Assembly: GCA_030141605.1 (NCBI GenBank)
Contig: JAQGDQ010000031.1
Location: 993,688-1,057,687 of the forward strand
Source: Tubiluchus corallicola
Lineage: Eukaryota; Animalia; Priapulida
DNA: 64,000 nucleotides
Direction of reading: 5' to 3'
Part shown: one piece after another, positions 1 to 42,979 of the stretch
Layout: every line of letters starts with the position of its first letter
How positions within the stretch are numbered: the first letter of the stretch is position 1
Notes under the pieces: generated by a model
The model's input: the letters and a program-made list of their open reading frames with translations, nothing else
What the model was told of the DNA's origin: nothing
Database searches by the model: none
Translations under genes and position numbers: made by a program

Positions 1-1
1 C

Positions 2-27966
<27,965 letters not shown>

Positions 27967-30243
27967 TTTCTGCGTGTATCTTTTTTGGGGGGAAATTGCA
28001 CATAATAAAGCACGAATCATTTATTTTCACCGATGTCAACCTTGTCAGGCAGAGTTTTCGAGAAATTTCTTTCGCTTTCGTACGTATGATGTGGTACAAA
28101 TATGTTTCTGTGTCCTATTCATTGGGATAATGTATAGCTCTTGTTCAGTGAAACCATTCAGCTATATATGCTGTGCAAACAATTATGAGCGCGGGGCTGC
28201 TCGCAAAGAAAAGCGTTTCATGCGCGCAGCCTGGCACACAGCATGCGCTTGTTTGTTGCGTTATCGTGCCAATAAAAAAGTGAGCTTGAAATGTTCAAGA
28301 ATCTAAATATTGCCTTTACTGTATTATTGTAGATGGTGTAGACAATACATCAATTTTCTTCTGGTCCTTTGCTTGTGTAATTTGTATATACCGCATTCAC
28401 ACTTCGTATTCAGTTTATTGGAGTGATTTTTAATAAGACCTATTATTTGACAATTTTTTATTTTGAAGCAGCTGTCCACTAATCTTATTTTGTGGTTAAT
28501 CTGTGCAGCATGATTATATTGCTATTAAAAGAAGAAAAGGCAAAATTGCTTACAGATGAAACAACTTCTTGCGTGAAAAGCTAGAATGCCAAGCTTCGTA
28601 TGATGCCCTAAATTTTTTAGACAGTTTAGTGACAAACATGAATACTGTTCTGAAGTGTTGTTGGGTAGGACAAGAGATAAAAAAATCGATATTACAGAAT
28701 ACAGACTTATACTACCTTATTTTCACGGTTACGTGTGATTAACTTCGACGCATACGAAGCTTTATTTTGCTATCATCAGCATGAAATAAAAAGTTACGAA
28801 AAAGTAAATGTAGGGCCTACTTAATATCAATATTGCGGAATTGATGGCGGTCAGGCAATTTTGGCTTGAAATTAGTGTTGATTGTTAGACTGTACTGTAA
28901 AGTTTTACCCAAAACAGACACAAAACTGAAGAAGAGATTGAAGTTAAACCTGTCAGCAATCTTGTCTTATGTTTCCCATATTGGTCTAAGGAACAGGTGT
29001 TGAAATACTGAGATACACCTGCCCGTGTTAGCTACTGAATCACAGAACTTCTGCTTGCTAGACTACAAAGTTTTATCGGTGCTAGTATGCACAGGCTTCA
29101 TAATGGACAGAACCATTGTGATGTAGGGGTGTGGTGAAAATAAACAGTATTTAACCTACAATGTATTGCCCTCTCTCCTACAGATAATGGATTGTCTCAA
29201 ACCAGAATGAAGAACCACACAGGAGAAGAGCCGCTGTCTCCCAGCTTCCTGAATGATAGGAAAGCTGAAAGTGTTTTACAACCATTAGGTTCCACTAGAG
29301 GTGGTACTTTAGCTAAATTTCGAAAAAGAACACCAGGAAAGTGTGGCACGTTACGTAAGAAAGCTGCTGGGTGTGAGCATTATTCCATAGATTGTTATTA
29401 GTAAAAACTGGAAACTCTGCCATATATCACCACACTTCAGCTCTAGTTTTGAAAAAGATCATCAGAACCACAAAGGCTACTAGAGAGAGAAAAAAAGCTG
29501 CTGATTGCCAATTATGACATTCATCGACTTCATTCTACTAATGACACTAGTGAACTGATGATGGCCAAACAATCTTGGGCTGGAATTTGAGTTGGCGTAT
29601 CATGCTGTATAGTTCAGATCTAAACTGCACAGAAGAGCCAAAAAACTGAAGAATGCCAATTGAAGTTAAATTTGCCAGTTGTGTGCATGTCATGTGTCTT
29701 CCACATTGGTCGATAGAACAGGTGCTGAGATTGTAAGTGCACCAGCACACACTGATACTGATCCATGGAACCTCTACGTGCTAGACTACTTGCAGGTGTT
29801 AGACTGTGCATGCTTCGTAATGGATAGAACCATATCAATGTAGGGATAGGGGTGAAAATAAACAGCATTTCCACTACAGTATAATACAGTATAGCCATTG
29901 TGTAAAAAACATAAGCCGAACATATAGCACATTCTGCAGTAGACCTACATATTCTTGTCATGCGCTTTGTGATGTATGGTATCTAAATCTGTAAAAAGCT
30001 TAGCTTAGCTTACACCCTCACTGTAACTCAAGCTAATAAAATTCTAATTTTCAGACCAGGAGTGTGTAAACCACATAGATTACAGTTTCTATAATATATT
30101 ATTAAGTTAGCATGTTGCCGCTCTTCAGGCCTACCTCCCAGATAATCTCTGCCTGGTTCCGGTGGCGCCCATAGTGTTGGTTTTTGAAGGTATTTTCAGA
30201 GACATTCCTTAGATGGCGCGCAAGTTCACCAGTTGTTTTAAAA

Positions 30244-33200
30244 ATGTCAGCGCCCCAGCAAGGACACATGTTTGCAAAGTGTTTGAAATATTTTTACCCA
30301 TCTGCATCACGTTTCCTGTTTAAGATCAAGGTATATTTAACATGATGATGAAGTTTTATTGCTCTTCTATTAATTATTTGAAAACTTGGACTGTTACCTC
30401 TATCATTTATTTTGCTTAGAATGTTTCACCAGAGCTCTCAAGTAGAAAATAAATTTTCAGGAATTTAAATGGTAAATGTCACCGTTTACTAAACTAATGT
30501 AAATTATTGTAGGACCAACAGAAGCTTCCGTACCGTTAGTGACTCACTATAAACATAATTTGTAGCATAAATTACTGTGTAACCACTTCTAATATCAGCA
30601 CTAAACTCGTAGTCGTATATTACAGGACAGTGAATCAGATATTTTGCGGTTTAGACTATCGGGCGTACTCGATGATCTGTCGAGAAAATGAATGAGTGAC
30701 ATGCTTTCCAATAACTGAAACATGCATGAATGACTGCTTTAAATGCTACTGATGAGGTTGAGCTTGTATGATTCTTGAGTGACGCATTTCGTCAGTGCGC
30801 TTTACCCGATAAGATTGCCCAATCAAAAGCCCGCATTTTTGTGTGCAACTACTGACTTCGTTGCAGAACTTTAGCTTCCATCGAGAAAGCGGAATATTTC
30901 AAATGCACAACATTCATCGCGGATACAGGATGTATAAGATTGACAACTTTGAGTGTCACTTAGATAAGATGAGGACCCTGATAGTCTGAACGGGGCTTAC
31001 GGTACAGTGTTACCTCCTGTAGCCTATCCATGCCGTCATCCTCTGGAATTCCTACCAGTGAGTACACTCTCACAGGTGTAGTCTGTGCCCACTGCCTTTA
31101 TAGTATCTGGACAACACTACTTCTCACTCTGAACATCAGCTACATAATTTAGCCTACACAGTACAGTATTTTGTTTGATTTCAAATGCATTGCTGGTATG
31201 ATAATAGTTTACTATATTACAGAAGAACAACTATATATAAGCTATAGTATTAATTATAAGTATTCATATAAAACATAAACTGCACATACTGCTGTTACAT
31301 TTTATTAGAAGGTCTTTTTCTTCCTTTTTTGTCAACAAAATGCAAAGAAAATTTCGGAATAAATCAGCATTAGAGAATATCCCAAAATTTTTCTAGACTT
31401 CGCTGTAGAGAAATTAGCAAAAAGGCTTTTGATCAGTTAGACACTATCTACCACAGCAGCATGTGTAGTTTGTGTTTTACATCAATTTTGTACCAATTGG
31501 GCATGGTAAATATGCTTTTCTATAAATTATATCTAAAAGGTTATTGCAATTTACGATAAGATAAATGTAAATTACTGTCATTGTAATTATGCCAGTCTAA
31601 AGTTAAAATAAAATTTTAAGTTCTCAGCTTTTATCATCTTTATTCAGTTATGCTTATGTTTATCCAATTACATCAAAAAATGCATACTTGGCAATATTTA
31701 GCAGTCCAACCTCTCAGCTTGTCTGTAAATTTAATCTGGTGTCTTTGTCTATAAGTTTATCTGTAAACTTATAAGCTAACACTACTTTATATCTCGTGCT
31801 GCAGTGTAGAGTTATATTTAAAACAAGTTGCTGAACATTATTTCATTATGACATTAGCAATCTCATGTTTATTCTCATTCACCTCATTTCAGTAACCTAA
31901 TCCTACTAAATCCCATCTCCTGCACTCTCCACTGTCATTCCATCATTTTTTACATTTCTTTTTTGCACCCTAACACCAGCTCCATTAATTGCATTATAGT
32001 CACACAAGTAATGCTTCTGACTATAATGCAAGCAACAATTTATATAGATATCATGTCCTGTAGATTTTATTATGGAATTAATGTAACTATGTATACCATG
32101 TTATCATAATATGTTTTGCTATATAGCATTGTTGTTTGGTGTTTTCATAATAAAATAAAAAATAATGATAAATTTCTTTTCTCTTTTGATGCAGGCAAAT
32201 GGTAATACTGTTGTCTGTGTGAGAACAGTTGTTTGTCACACTGAAGATGCAAAAGCTGCCGATGATGTTCGAGATAACGTATCTTCACTTTCAGAGTCTG
32301 AATCACCTTCAGCTGGTGTTGTAGTTCGCAAAATCAGTAAGGCAATGAAAGCGTATATTGAGCGTGCTCAGCAGCATGGTAAGGAACAAATGTCAGCTAT
32401 ACAGAAGTACATCAGCGTTTACTACTGCAACTGTTTATGTTGTGTACATAATAATTTCATTTAAGACATAGTTCAGGAATAACACCTTAAGCACCTTATA
32501 CTTATAAACCCACGTGCTTGGTCGAAGAACCAGTGGTACCATTTTTTAAGTCTGGTATTACTCGGTTGGGAGTTGAACCAGCGACCTCCCGGGTGGGAAG
32601 CGAGAATGCTACCATTGAGCTACGCCATCCAATTTAATCACTGATGATGGAATGCATGAACATGCTGGAATCTTATCAAACTATAGAAATTTAAAAATTT
32701 TAAAAAAGTCAAAGTCGCAGAGAATGTTGTTCAAGAGAGTAAACATTATTTTTGTATAAAAACCGAGAAGATAACATCCATGTTAAGCACAATGTGTGAC
32801 ATTTAATCTGGTTTATTGGTACCAAGCTTACTCATCATGCATTTCGCATATCTTTGAAAACTTCTCTATTTATAGTTTTTATAATAATTTACATTAAGGC
32901 ATTTCTCTGTCAGGAGACCAATTAAATAGCAATCATTGCAGGTACTATTCCGAATCAAGGTATTGAATTTAAGCTGAGTCATGTATAATTATAATAAAAT
33001 TACTTCATTCTAGAGAAGTTCATGCAAGAGCAATTAGTTGAGTATGAAATTGGCAAGCGCCATCTAGCTAACATAATGGGTTATGATGCTGAACTTATGA
33101 CTCAAGATGATATTGATGTAAGAACATTATTATTTCACTTTATTTTCACTTGAACTTTGAGCAATTACCAGTAGTGGTTTTTAATCATAGCTTGATGGCA

Positions 33201-36200
33201 ATAGTTCTCTGATTATTGCCTTTGGTAAAAGAAAGTTCTGAAATATCACTGCTTTTTAGGAAAATACATGAAAGAGCCGAGTGGATGTTCTAAAAATATT
33301 TATTTGAATCGCCATCAAATATTTTTGACATCAATTAGCATAACAGTTTTATGGCATTCACTTCTGAATTCGATTTAAGATGAAAATCAGAAAGTTAATA
33401 GAATTCTATAGCCAGGTATATATAAAAATGTTTTCTAATTTAAATAAATTCTGCCAGTTGTGAAGTAACTACCATCATGTTATACTACTGTCAAAATGCA
33501 ATTTTTTGTTACATGCTAAAGCATATAAATGTAAGAGCTGTGACAACCGATTTCATATTTTTACAGAAAGCCATTGAATATCTTTTTCCTTCTGGGATAT
33601 TTTCAAAGCGAGCACGACCAATGATGAAGGTAAGATTAATAAAAATAATAAACTAATAGATATTTTTTGCAGTAGTTTTATTTTTGTGATGTCATATTTA
33701 ACTTGCTTTTTTTGTTAATAAATTTCAGCACCCATCTGAAATATTTCCGAAGCAGAAGGCAGCTCAGTTCAGTTTAGATGGGCGACCGTTTCATTATCTG
33801 TTCTACACTGTACAGCCAAATTACTACAGCATTATGCATGTAAGTTTGTTGATGTCACACTCTTACGCCTGCTTAACTTAGACGCTATATGATATTATTA
33901 GTTATTGTGTATTAAGAATGATGTCTATCAAGTCTTAATAGCATTGTTAGTGCTAAGACTAACAGTGATTCTTAATCTTTTTTTACTGTTAGATCACTAT
34001 AACAAGCTCTGCTTTCAGAGTCGTGCCGTGCACGTGTTGAGAAAGATTGCTAGCCATACGCAAAAAGTGAGCCAAAGAATGGGCACCATGTTGTACAAAC
34101 AGTACAGTACAAAAACTGAATTCAATTGTGAAGCAAAAGCAGTCCTTGAACAAAAGTTTTTTGATGTATGGTTCGATATGCACGCTAACAATCTTTCTCT
34201 GTGCACGTGTGTGCTTAAATCTATGATAGCGAAACAGTGGCATATTGTAAACTTGAATTAAAATTATAATTAATCAATAGACTAAATTTTTGTAATTCAT
34301 AGTTTCTTGATAGTGTATTCAGCAATTATTAAAATGCTTTAATGTTATAAGTGACAAGGTAGTTTATGACTTAGTCATAAATTACTTTTTATAATCAAGG
34401 TGCTATAATGAGTAGTTTGTAGACTTATTGCATGTTCAGAGTAGCGAGTTTTCTGACGAGAATTTTCTCTCTGACTGCAAACTCGCAAGTGTAAACTGTT
34501 TCGCAAGTTACTGTCAATAAATTATTTCAAACTCTCCGACAGTTGCTGCGAGCTGATTTCCTGCGAGCTACTGTCTAGTGTAAACGCCTCTTCACTTCTG
34601 TCTACATTTCTCACAGTGAGCAAAGAAGAGAGTGTTAGCTTGCATTTACTGTCAGTGAGTAACTTGCAGCAAGTTCTGTTCTCTAGTCTGAACATGCTTG
34701 TGAGTTACTTGGCGAGAAAACTAGTTAGTAATAACACGCCACTAGATTGTCTGCTTATGTTTTCATTTAAATACCTATTTTACCAACTGTAATATGCTGA
34801 ACTACTTTAAGGCAGTTAGTTTCAGTGTTTATTACTGGATATTGCTTGTATTACGCTCCTGCTAGTCTCACCGTTCATACTATGTATCATCTTTATCTGA
34901 TAGAATTTGTCACATCATCTACAAAAACTAGACAAGTTTGAAGATAGGATGATACAAAAAGGCATCATGAGACCGGAACCTGGAACTGAATTGTAAGTAT
35001 ACAGCCACCAGTGATGAATGTATGAAATGATTACTGGTTACACTTAAAACACACAAACACATCTATATATATATATATATAGATATATATATATATATAT
35101 ATATAGCTACGCTTAAAAAGAGCCCTGTAGTTGTAGGGACGTGTTCCTATGTGCGTTGTTTGTTTAGTTTAAGACTTGTTAACTGTACTTGTGTTTATGT
35201 TTGTGAAATGAACTGTTTATAAATAAATTATGTAAAGGCCTCAGGACACAATGCATACTGATTCATTTGAGAAGCTGTATTGCCTAAACCAGTGCTATTC
35301 AACCTTTTTCAGACCAGTCCACCCTAAGAGCCCTAACTTCTGAATTTGTGTACAAAAATGTCTTGTTTTATTTTTAATTTAGCTTAGCCTTATTATTATT
35401 TATTTATTAAATAACATAATATTTATTAAACTATTAAGGTGTGAATAATTATTAATAATCCACCATAAAGCAGAATTATGTGGAGCACAGAAAGAGTGTA
35501 ATCAACTTTTTTTGGAAAAATTATAATGGCCATGTCACAGGATTATAGTACAGTGTTAGAGACCATATTCATTTTTGTATCATTGCCACTGTCATTGCCG
35601 TTGCCATTATCATTTGAATAATTATATTACAGTTTGACGTGGTCTTATACTAGTACCTCAATAGTTAAGCTCTTCTGATTAAAAGCCAGATACACATGTG
35701 CATCCACAACTCATAATTACTATTATTAATAAATTATTATATGTGAACTTTGGAAAATGAATTGCCAAATTGTAAGATAAGTGTTCTTTTCCAAAAATAA
35801 CTTTCGTGTCTGCTATACAGTCATTTTTGGTGCGAAAGCAACATATTTCTTAACAACTTTTGGATGATATGCAACAATCAACGGTTGCCAAAGTAACGAA
35901 ATGCCAGACATTAAATTTTTTTACTTGCAACTTGCTTATTTTATGTTAGGGATGTTGTAAGTGTGTATTCTTTTTCAATATTTGTTGGTCTTCAACCAGT
36001 ATACAAGAAAAACTCAATATTTCACGTTTTTTTTTCTGTGGGAAAATAGTACCCAAATAGTAATAGATTGGCCAAAATAGCACCAATCTGAATTCTGACT
36101 GTAATTCCGCATTGCTGGCCCACCCCATTTGAATAGCACTGGCCTACATGACAAAGTAAATGTAAAGCAAAACGTTAACACGTCACAAGCAGTTGACCAT

Positions 36201-39200
36201 CACGGCTAAATTCTTTGGTTAGTCTTATTTCCACAGTGTTGCGTAGTACTTTATTTCAGGCCCCTAGAATATAAAATGGATTTTATGCACTTTTCATTAG
36301 GTAAATTTATATGTTTAAATGTTGGTGCATCTTAAAATTGAATACATACATAATTGTATACACAATACAATCGAGTCCAGTTAAGTAAAAAAAGACAAAT
36401 TGCACTACATTATACATAAGCAAAACTTAAAATAATTTCAGAAAATTGAATTGAAATTTTTGAGAATTGACACTTTTCTAAATCTTCAAAGTTTTCTGTC
36501 CTTCATTAATTTTCCAACACATTTTTGCTGAAATGTCCAATTTAAAAGAAAACGAATTTGTAAAAGTTTATAAAGTTGTTGGTAGTACTAAATGAAATGT
36601 TATAATGTGATTGTTGTTATTGATCTGCTACACATTTTATGTTGGTTTTTATAATGATTTGTTGGTGCAGGGATCTGTCTGGAAGTGAATGGCAAGACCA
36701 AAAAACTTTGAGTCAAAAATTTTTAGAAGAAATTGATGAATTTCGTGTAAGTAATTAAAAGTGTGACAATTAAAATAAGCTAAGTTCGTTTGACAATTTG
36801 GCACTGTATTTAGTAAATACTTAAGAAGATAGTTTTGTGTTTGGCAAAAACACATTTTTTTTAAAGCTGTGTAAAAAAAATTTATGCAACTAGAAAGAAA
36901 CAGTTTGAATATTCACTTTCTGCTTGCTATTAAGTAATTTTACTTATGTATTATCATCTTGTAGCTCATTAAGCCTTTTCACAGTGCAGTTTCTGCAAGC
37001 CAAAAGCTAAGTGAAACCGGCATGTCTACGCGACCTTATGTGCATAACTACATGTAGGTGAAATGCGTGGTTATTTTTATTATATACTACACGTGTATAG
37101 TTTAAACTAACATGTTATTCTTATCTGAAAACAGCTAGCAAAGTAGCAGCAGCAAATCCATATGAAGTGAAATAAATGAAGCAAAAACTAATGCCAAAAA
37201 CTGTTACTGTTACAACAGCATGGGCTGAGAGGTGTTGTCAAGTGTAAACAAATGTGTTGTTTGGTTCAAATAACGTTGTTAGGTTCACTTGTCCTTTGAA
37301 ATTTTTACGATTATTATCAACCTCTGTGAAAAGACTTATTCTGCAATGATTTTCTTTATATTTGAAGTACAAACGATACATTGCATTACTGGATCGACTT
37401 TCAAAACATCCATATGCCTACAGAATAAAAGATATCATTACGGAACATCGAGTGTCCCTGGAGACAAAATCAAGGGCTATAGATATACTACCTGTAAGAA
37501 TAAAGTTTCATATGCTATTATTGTGCAGAAATTACATGGTACTTTCACTATCGCTTTCTCCTCGTTTCTATTTTTTATCTTTCACCACCTTTTATTTTTC
37601 TATGTTTTCAAAGTTTGCTCCCATATGATAACGTATGTGTAGCATGTGTCTTTCAAGTGAAAAATAGTAATGTGTACGTATTGTTTTGCATACATGACGT
37701 ATGATGTTTGCATACTTGGATGCTCAGTGGTGTGCAGAGGTTTGGTGATGCCCGGGTCCATCTTCTTGATTCTATGCTCCTAAGACTCAAGTAGTGGGCC
37801 TAGAGGGCCTAGTACTGAGAAATGTGAGAAAGTTAAATATGTAAAAACAGATGAAACATGAAATGAACACTTCATTCAAATTCATTATAATTTGACCCCA
37901 TTTATTAAGCTTGGGTTCCCCCAAATGAGATCTCCTGCGAGAAAACACTTGAACTACTTCAAGTTTTTTTTCAATACTGATTAAGGCCAGGTTGGTCGGT
38001 TGCTCTGATGACATGAAAGACTTCAGATGTGTTTTTATTAATTTCAGTTTTGAAAATGGCCTTTCACAACTTGCAATTGAAAATGCGATAGTAAGCAGTA
38101 ATCTGCGTTCAAGGCACATCTACTTATGCTACTTTATGTTTTCTTAATCGGAATTATGTAGAATATTTTGATGTAACAGATTTTCTAAACCGACCTTGCT
38201 TATCGAAACATGGATTACACCAGCTCATGGGATTGTAAGGCGTTAGTACAACAAAGTTAACAGGGTAATTTCGAATTTGAAAAACTAAATTTTTATTTCA
38301 CTCTTTGATTAGATATCCTCCTGATATTGATACCCGCGGTCATCGTGCTGTTTGCTCCTGTCTGCATGCTACTGTAAATGCTACATGATAATGCAAACAA
38401 AATTGTGTATTGCATAACAGAAATTTTCTAATTTTAGCTTTTAGAAGATGAAAGCGGAACTCGATATGTAGAAACAACATGTAAGTGGTACAAGTTTTTA
38501 GTTGTTTTTGTAATTCCCAATGTGAATTATTTTACTTAAGTGAATAGCCATGGGGCTGTGGAAGCCCCAAGCCAAGTGCCTGGTCTAGACTCTAAATAGA
38601 CTGGACAATGAACAAATTCGTAAATTAATTGTCTAAACTTGTATTTTATGTCTTACTTGATTCCATCACTGGACATTGGATGTTATGAATTATAACATTT
38701 GAAAACCTTAAAAATTATTTTTTCTGCCACGAACTTAAATGAATAACAAAAGAGCACCATTAGTAGGTAGTCAACATTTTCACTTCTGACAGTTCGTACT
38801 CTATTTACATTCATTAATTTACTTTCTAAGAGCAAAAAGAAAAGATTTCACAATCCCAGTAAAGGAATTTTTTAAATAACTGTAAAACAAAAATTTTTTT
38901 GCTTAAAATCACACAACATTATGTATTAAAAGTTTTAAAAGTTTCACAGTATTTGGGCGAGATTTCAATTCTTAATAAAAATCGAATTCGAAATTGGTTC
39001 TGAATATCATTCACACATTACATACATTTTGTCGCTTAGCACATAAAAATGGAATCATTTGGAAATTTTTAAGCAAAAGCCACAAAATCCATGAAACGAA
39101 ACAAACCTAGGAGGCTGTGTTGTAGGAGCCCTAAATACATTTTTTCTGGGGCCATTTTACTGTAGCTGGTCACTAGAATGAGTGTTCCAAATGTACCCAA

Positions 39201-42200
39201 TGCATCTAGTTTATTAAAAATCTTTGTTGTTACTACGAGTGTACAAAACTATAAATAAAACATGTTGATATCTTGCATGGTGTTTATGTCAATGAATGTA
39301 ACAATGGTATTGTAATTAGTGCATCGAGTCGTTCTTTCTTATTTACTGAAAAGGCGTGCTAAATTCTGATGGAAATTGTTAGAAATTTATAGTCTGTTTT
39401 CTTAGTGTCTGTGCTTTTGTCAGTGGTCAGTAAATTCATTAAAGTTTATCTTTGTTTTAGCCAAAAGAAAGACGAGTATTTCTAGAGTGATAGTAAAAGA
39501 TGGTACTGGTGTGATCACAATTAATGACGTACCATTTGAGCGTTATTTTAGTGACATGGAATCCTTGCAGCACAGGTATTCTTGCTGTACTGTATTGTGA
39601 CAATCTTTGTCTGTTAAGCCAGGCTTTCACTGGGTTTGCGACTTCCGTGACTATCTGAAAATTTCTAAATCCAATAGTAGCTATAATGCACTAAACTTTC
39701 GCTAAACAGTCGCTGTACATTGTTGAGTGTTCGCCGTTGTCGCAAAAAGACTGCCAACTTCAGAAAAATTTAAATGTTTAAAATTAGTCATCAGAGTCGA
39801 AAAACTCGCCACTTTGCCAAAACTTTGCAAAACTGTCGTAAAGTTGTCGTAACATGAGCCAATCATTTGCATTTGCTTGCGCTGCACTCTGCGAAAATTC
39901 CATGAAATTGTCGTAAAATGAACACAAAATATTTGCGCGAATTTCGTTAAACATTCGCCTTGTTGCAGAAGTCACCAACTACGTGCAAACATGTCGTGCG
40001 ACATTCTCACGATTGTTGCTTGAGAAAAAAGCCCAAAATTTGCTAAAAATCAGGCGACAATTGTGCAAACAAAAATTTTTATTGTTTAAATTTTCAAAAG
40101 TCGCAGCCCTGTGAAACATGCAAGTGATTGAAGCGGTAAAGATTTTCCTTTTTGTAATTTTTTCCAAATTAGTTTCTTCACTTGATGTGTCTTAAACTAA
40201 AAAGATTAATATTTTCTTTTAGAGAGCAAGTTTTGTTTCCCCTGCAGTTCACGGATATGCTAGGAAAATTAGATGTACAAGCATACGTAACATTAGGTGG
40301 TCCCACCGGGCAGTCCGGAAGTATTCGTCACGCCCTGTCGCTAGCCTTGTGTAGTTTTGTGGATAAAGATGTAGTGGAACGAATGAGATTAGGTGAGTGC
40401 TGGCTAGCTGTCTAGCTCAGGCATGGTTTGAGATGTAGTCATTTATTTTGCCACCATGCCAAATATTATATTACCATAGTTTTTTAATTACAGTTAAAAA
40501 AAGCAAATAAAAGTATACTCATAAGACATAAACAATAGGAAACTATATAATTTGCAGTGAATCAAAATGCTACCATGTACTAGTTTCATGTGCACATTAA
40601 CATGGCGACCAGACGGGTACTCTACATTTACAACACTACAAACATTTGTGTATTTTTACAGTAAAACAATCATACTGTAATTCTATTAGTGTTGGATACA
40701 GTTGAGTTCAGAAGCTTGCTTTTGTTAAAACCAGTGTACATTAACTTAGATGAATTAATGGAAACATTTCACGGCCTTCCCACTGCTGTATTCTGCACAA
40801 TTCGCAGATGCTTAGCAAAAAAACGTTATTCATCTAGCTAATTCTAGTATTGGTTAATTAATGTTTCGATGTGTGATAGTAGCTAAATCTGTGATTGTTC
40901 TGTAGGGCTTGGTTACGTCTCCATAATTAATTTCTATTGCCAGTGAATGATGAATTGTATGGGCAAACAATACTAGCAAAGTACTGAAGTATCTCTATTA
41001 AGCTTTCTCTGGATCGTAACTGCATCAGTGCCGATAGATTGTCTTCCCTATTTTAAGGATAAGATTCCTATAGATTGAAGAGATCTGGTTTATCTTAATG
41101 TTTATTGGAGTGTTGCCGAGAAGTCACTAACTGCAATGTTTATTTGTGTGGAGAGAGGAATTTATTTTATTTTAGAATTCTGCCCTGCTCAACTTCCAGT
41201 AAACGCAATGAGCATTTGATGATGATATTAACTTTTGTTGTAATTGTCAGAGTAACGCACACAATATAAGCGTGCTCGCTTATTAAAATCATCCATGTCG
41301 GCAATTAAGCCTTTCTAGTTATTCACATATTCTGAATCTCCATTTCATGAGGATTATTTTGATACCAAGCTCATCACTCTGTGTCATTTCTAAGCTGAGA
41401 TAATCCCGAGTTGAAGTTTGGTACATGCTGCACACTAAAAAACATAATCTTGAGAAAATCTCTGTTAAAGTTAGCCATTGTTATTTGTCGCGTTTCTACG
41501 AAACACTTAGCAACCGCACAAATGTTGGTTGCTACGGACTTTGCAAAAACACATTGATGTTATGTTTGAATCCAGTAGATGGTTCTTGCTGGTGAAAATC
41601 TGGGCTTGCAACAGAGAAAACCTGAAGCAAAATGAATGCTTCCATGAGTTACTACCAGAGTTTGAAAATGCAAGTTTTTCTCAATTGCAGTAGTGCTAAC
41701 AATGCCGACTTATGGATGGTTTTGGTTTGCAAGCACACACATGTGCAAGAATACATATTTTAAATTCTTGCTATTAGTTTCGGTTACTTTCTTGTCATGG
41801 TTTTCAAGTCAGACATCGAGGCTTGTGAATGTGTGCAGTTCGGTGCTTTGTATTGTATATTTCAAGAAAGTGAAATGTGTTTTTTGCAGTCATGGTAACT
41901 GATTCATATTTATTTTTGTAGTTGGGTTACTGACCCGGGACATACGTCGGAAAGAAAGGAACAAGCCTGGACAGCCTGGTGCAAGAAAGAAGGCAACATG
42001 GTAATTTTTATTTTCATACCTTTTGAGTGGCAAATTTGAATTAGCATAAGATAGGAAATATTGGCAGGTGGTTTCATTTTTGTTTAAAAAAAGAGAACAA
42101 AAACAATATTACGAATCAGAAGCAAAGATCACTTGTGATTATGAACTGGTCGGGCAGGAGATGGTTTGAATTTCTCCATTTGAATTCTTCAGAATTCCTC

Positions 42201-42979
42201 CAATGACAATTTTGTAGGAAACTAAATTTTCTTGACTGTACCAATTGCTATTTGACCAAAAAATCTCTGTAAAAGAAACAAAGAACAAATACAATATTTC
42301 AGATTAGTAAGCGTGCATGGTGTTTGAATGGGTGAATGGTTTTTGTTCAAATACAAATGTTTCGACACCCATTAGGGAGCCCTCGTCTGTGTAATTAATG
42401 CAATCTATAACTCAGAAGTTTAAAATTTAAAATATAAAATGAGACTTTAGAACCATGGCGACAATAGACTACAAAGAGAAGAAAACAATATATTATACTT
42501 TTATGCCAACGAGTACTTGACTATTTGTGCAATAAGTGGAACAAGCTGAACCAACGTTCACTCACATTATTAGTGTATTTACTAAAGTACCTTGATGAAT
42601 GTAAAATTATGTAATGTATGATGAAACATTTGTTTGAATTAAAACCATCCTTCAAAATCGTTTGCTAATTTTCAAGCATTGTGCCAAGTGTTGGAATAAA
42701 ACTACCAACTGAAATTAGATAATGCTCAAATTTATAATTCCGTTAAAAGGAAACTGAAAGCTCACCTTTTTAAGCATTGAAAGAGCATTTTATGTATTTA
42801 TCATTATTATTATTAATCACTGTTTATAGAGTGTATGGCAAGTTTTTGTTTTGGTTAGAGCACTGTTAGGGTTTTTGTTTGTAATAAGCATTTTAGCTAC
42901 CGTGTGTCAACTTATACAGCAAAGTTTGATACAACTGTTTTAAAGAAAGCTTTGAATTTCTTTCAGGAAAAAAAGATAA
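30244..42979 (+). CDS. MRPS9: Mitochondrial small-subunit ribosomal protein S9 (uS9m), complete, 13 exons, ~419 aa
   Basis: Exons 30244-30330, 32195-32378, 33014-33117, 33567-33629, 33729-33839, 34904-34992, 36671-36746, 37368-37493, 38438-38480, 39461-39575, 40223-40392, 41922-42000, 42967-42979, all GT-AG and in phase. Motifs [87 protein letters not shown]. The first exon is the least certain. Confidence 0.95.
32505..32630 (-). mobile_element. tRNA-derived SINE, 5' part with A/B boxes
   Basis: Minus strand reads ggatggcgtagctcaatggtag (A box) ... ggttcaactccc (B box), then gagtaataccagacttaaaaaatggtacc, the core shared with the other two copies. Confidence 0.7.
34430..34697. mobile_element. 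MITE with ~15 bp TIRs
   Basis: gcatgttcagagtag ... ctagtctgaacatgc (14/15 inverted match). Confidence 0.6.
35290..36141. mobile_element. Non-autonomous hAT-type element
   Basis: 13 bp TIR cagtgctattcaa / ttgaatagcactg; 8 bp flanks gcctaaac / gcctacat (6/8) fit an aged hAT TSD. Confidence 0.7.
37725..38374 (-). mobile_element. Internally deleted hAT transposon retaining the C-terminal dimerization domain
   Basis: ORF 37787-38119 reads [38 protein letters not shown] (hATC motif). Imperfect TIRs cagtggtgtgcaga / tctgcatgctactg; 8 bp flanks tggatgct / taaatgct. Confidence 0.8.
39619..40122. mobile_element. MITE-like element with imperfect TIRs
   Basis: tttcactgggtttgcgactt ... aagtcgcagccctgtgaaa, with internal tgtcgt/tgtcgc repeats. 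Confidence 0.55.

Noticed and set aside
32560-32630. Apparent tRNA gene on the minus strand
   Set aside because: The acceptor stem does not pair and the sequence continues into the SINE core.
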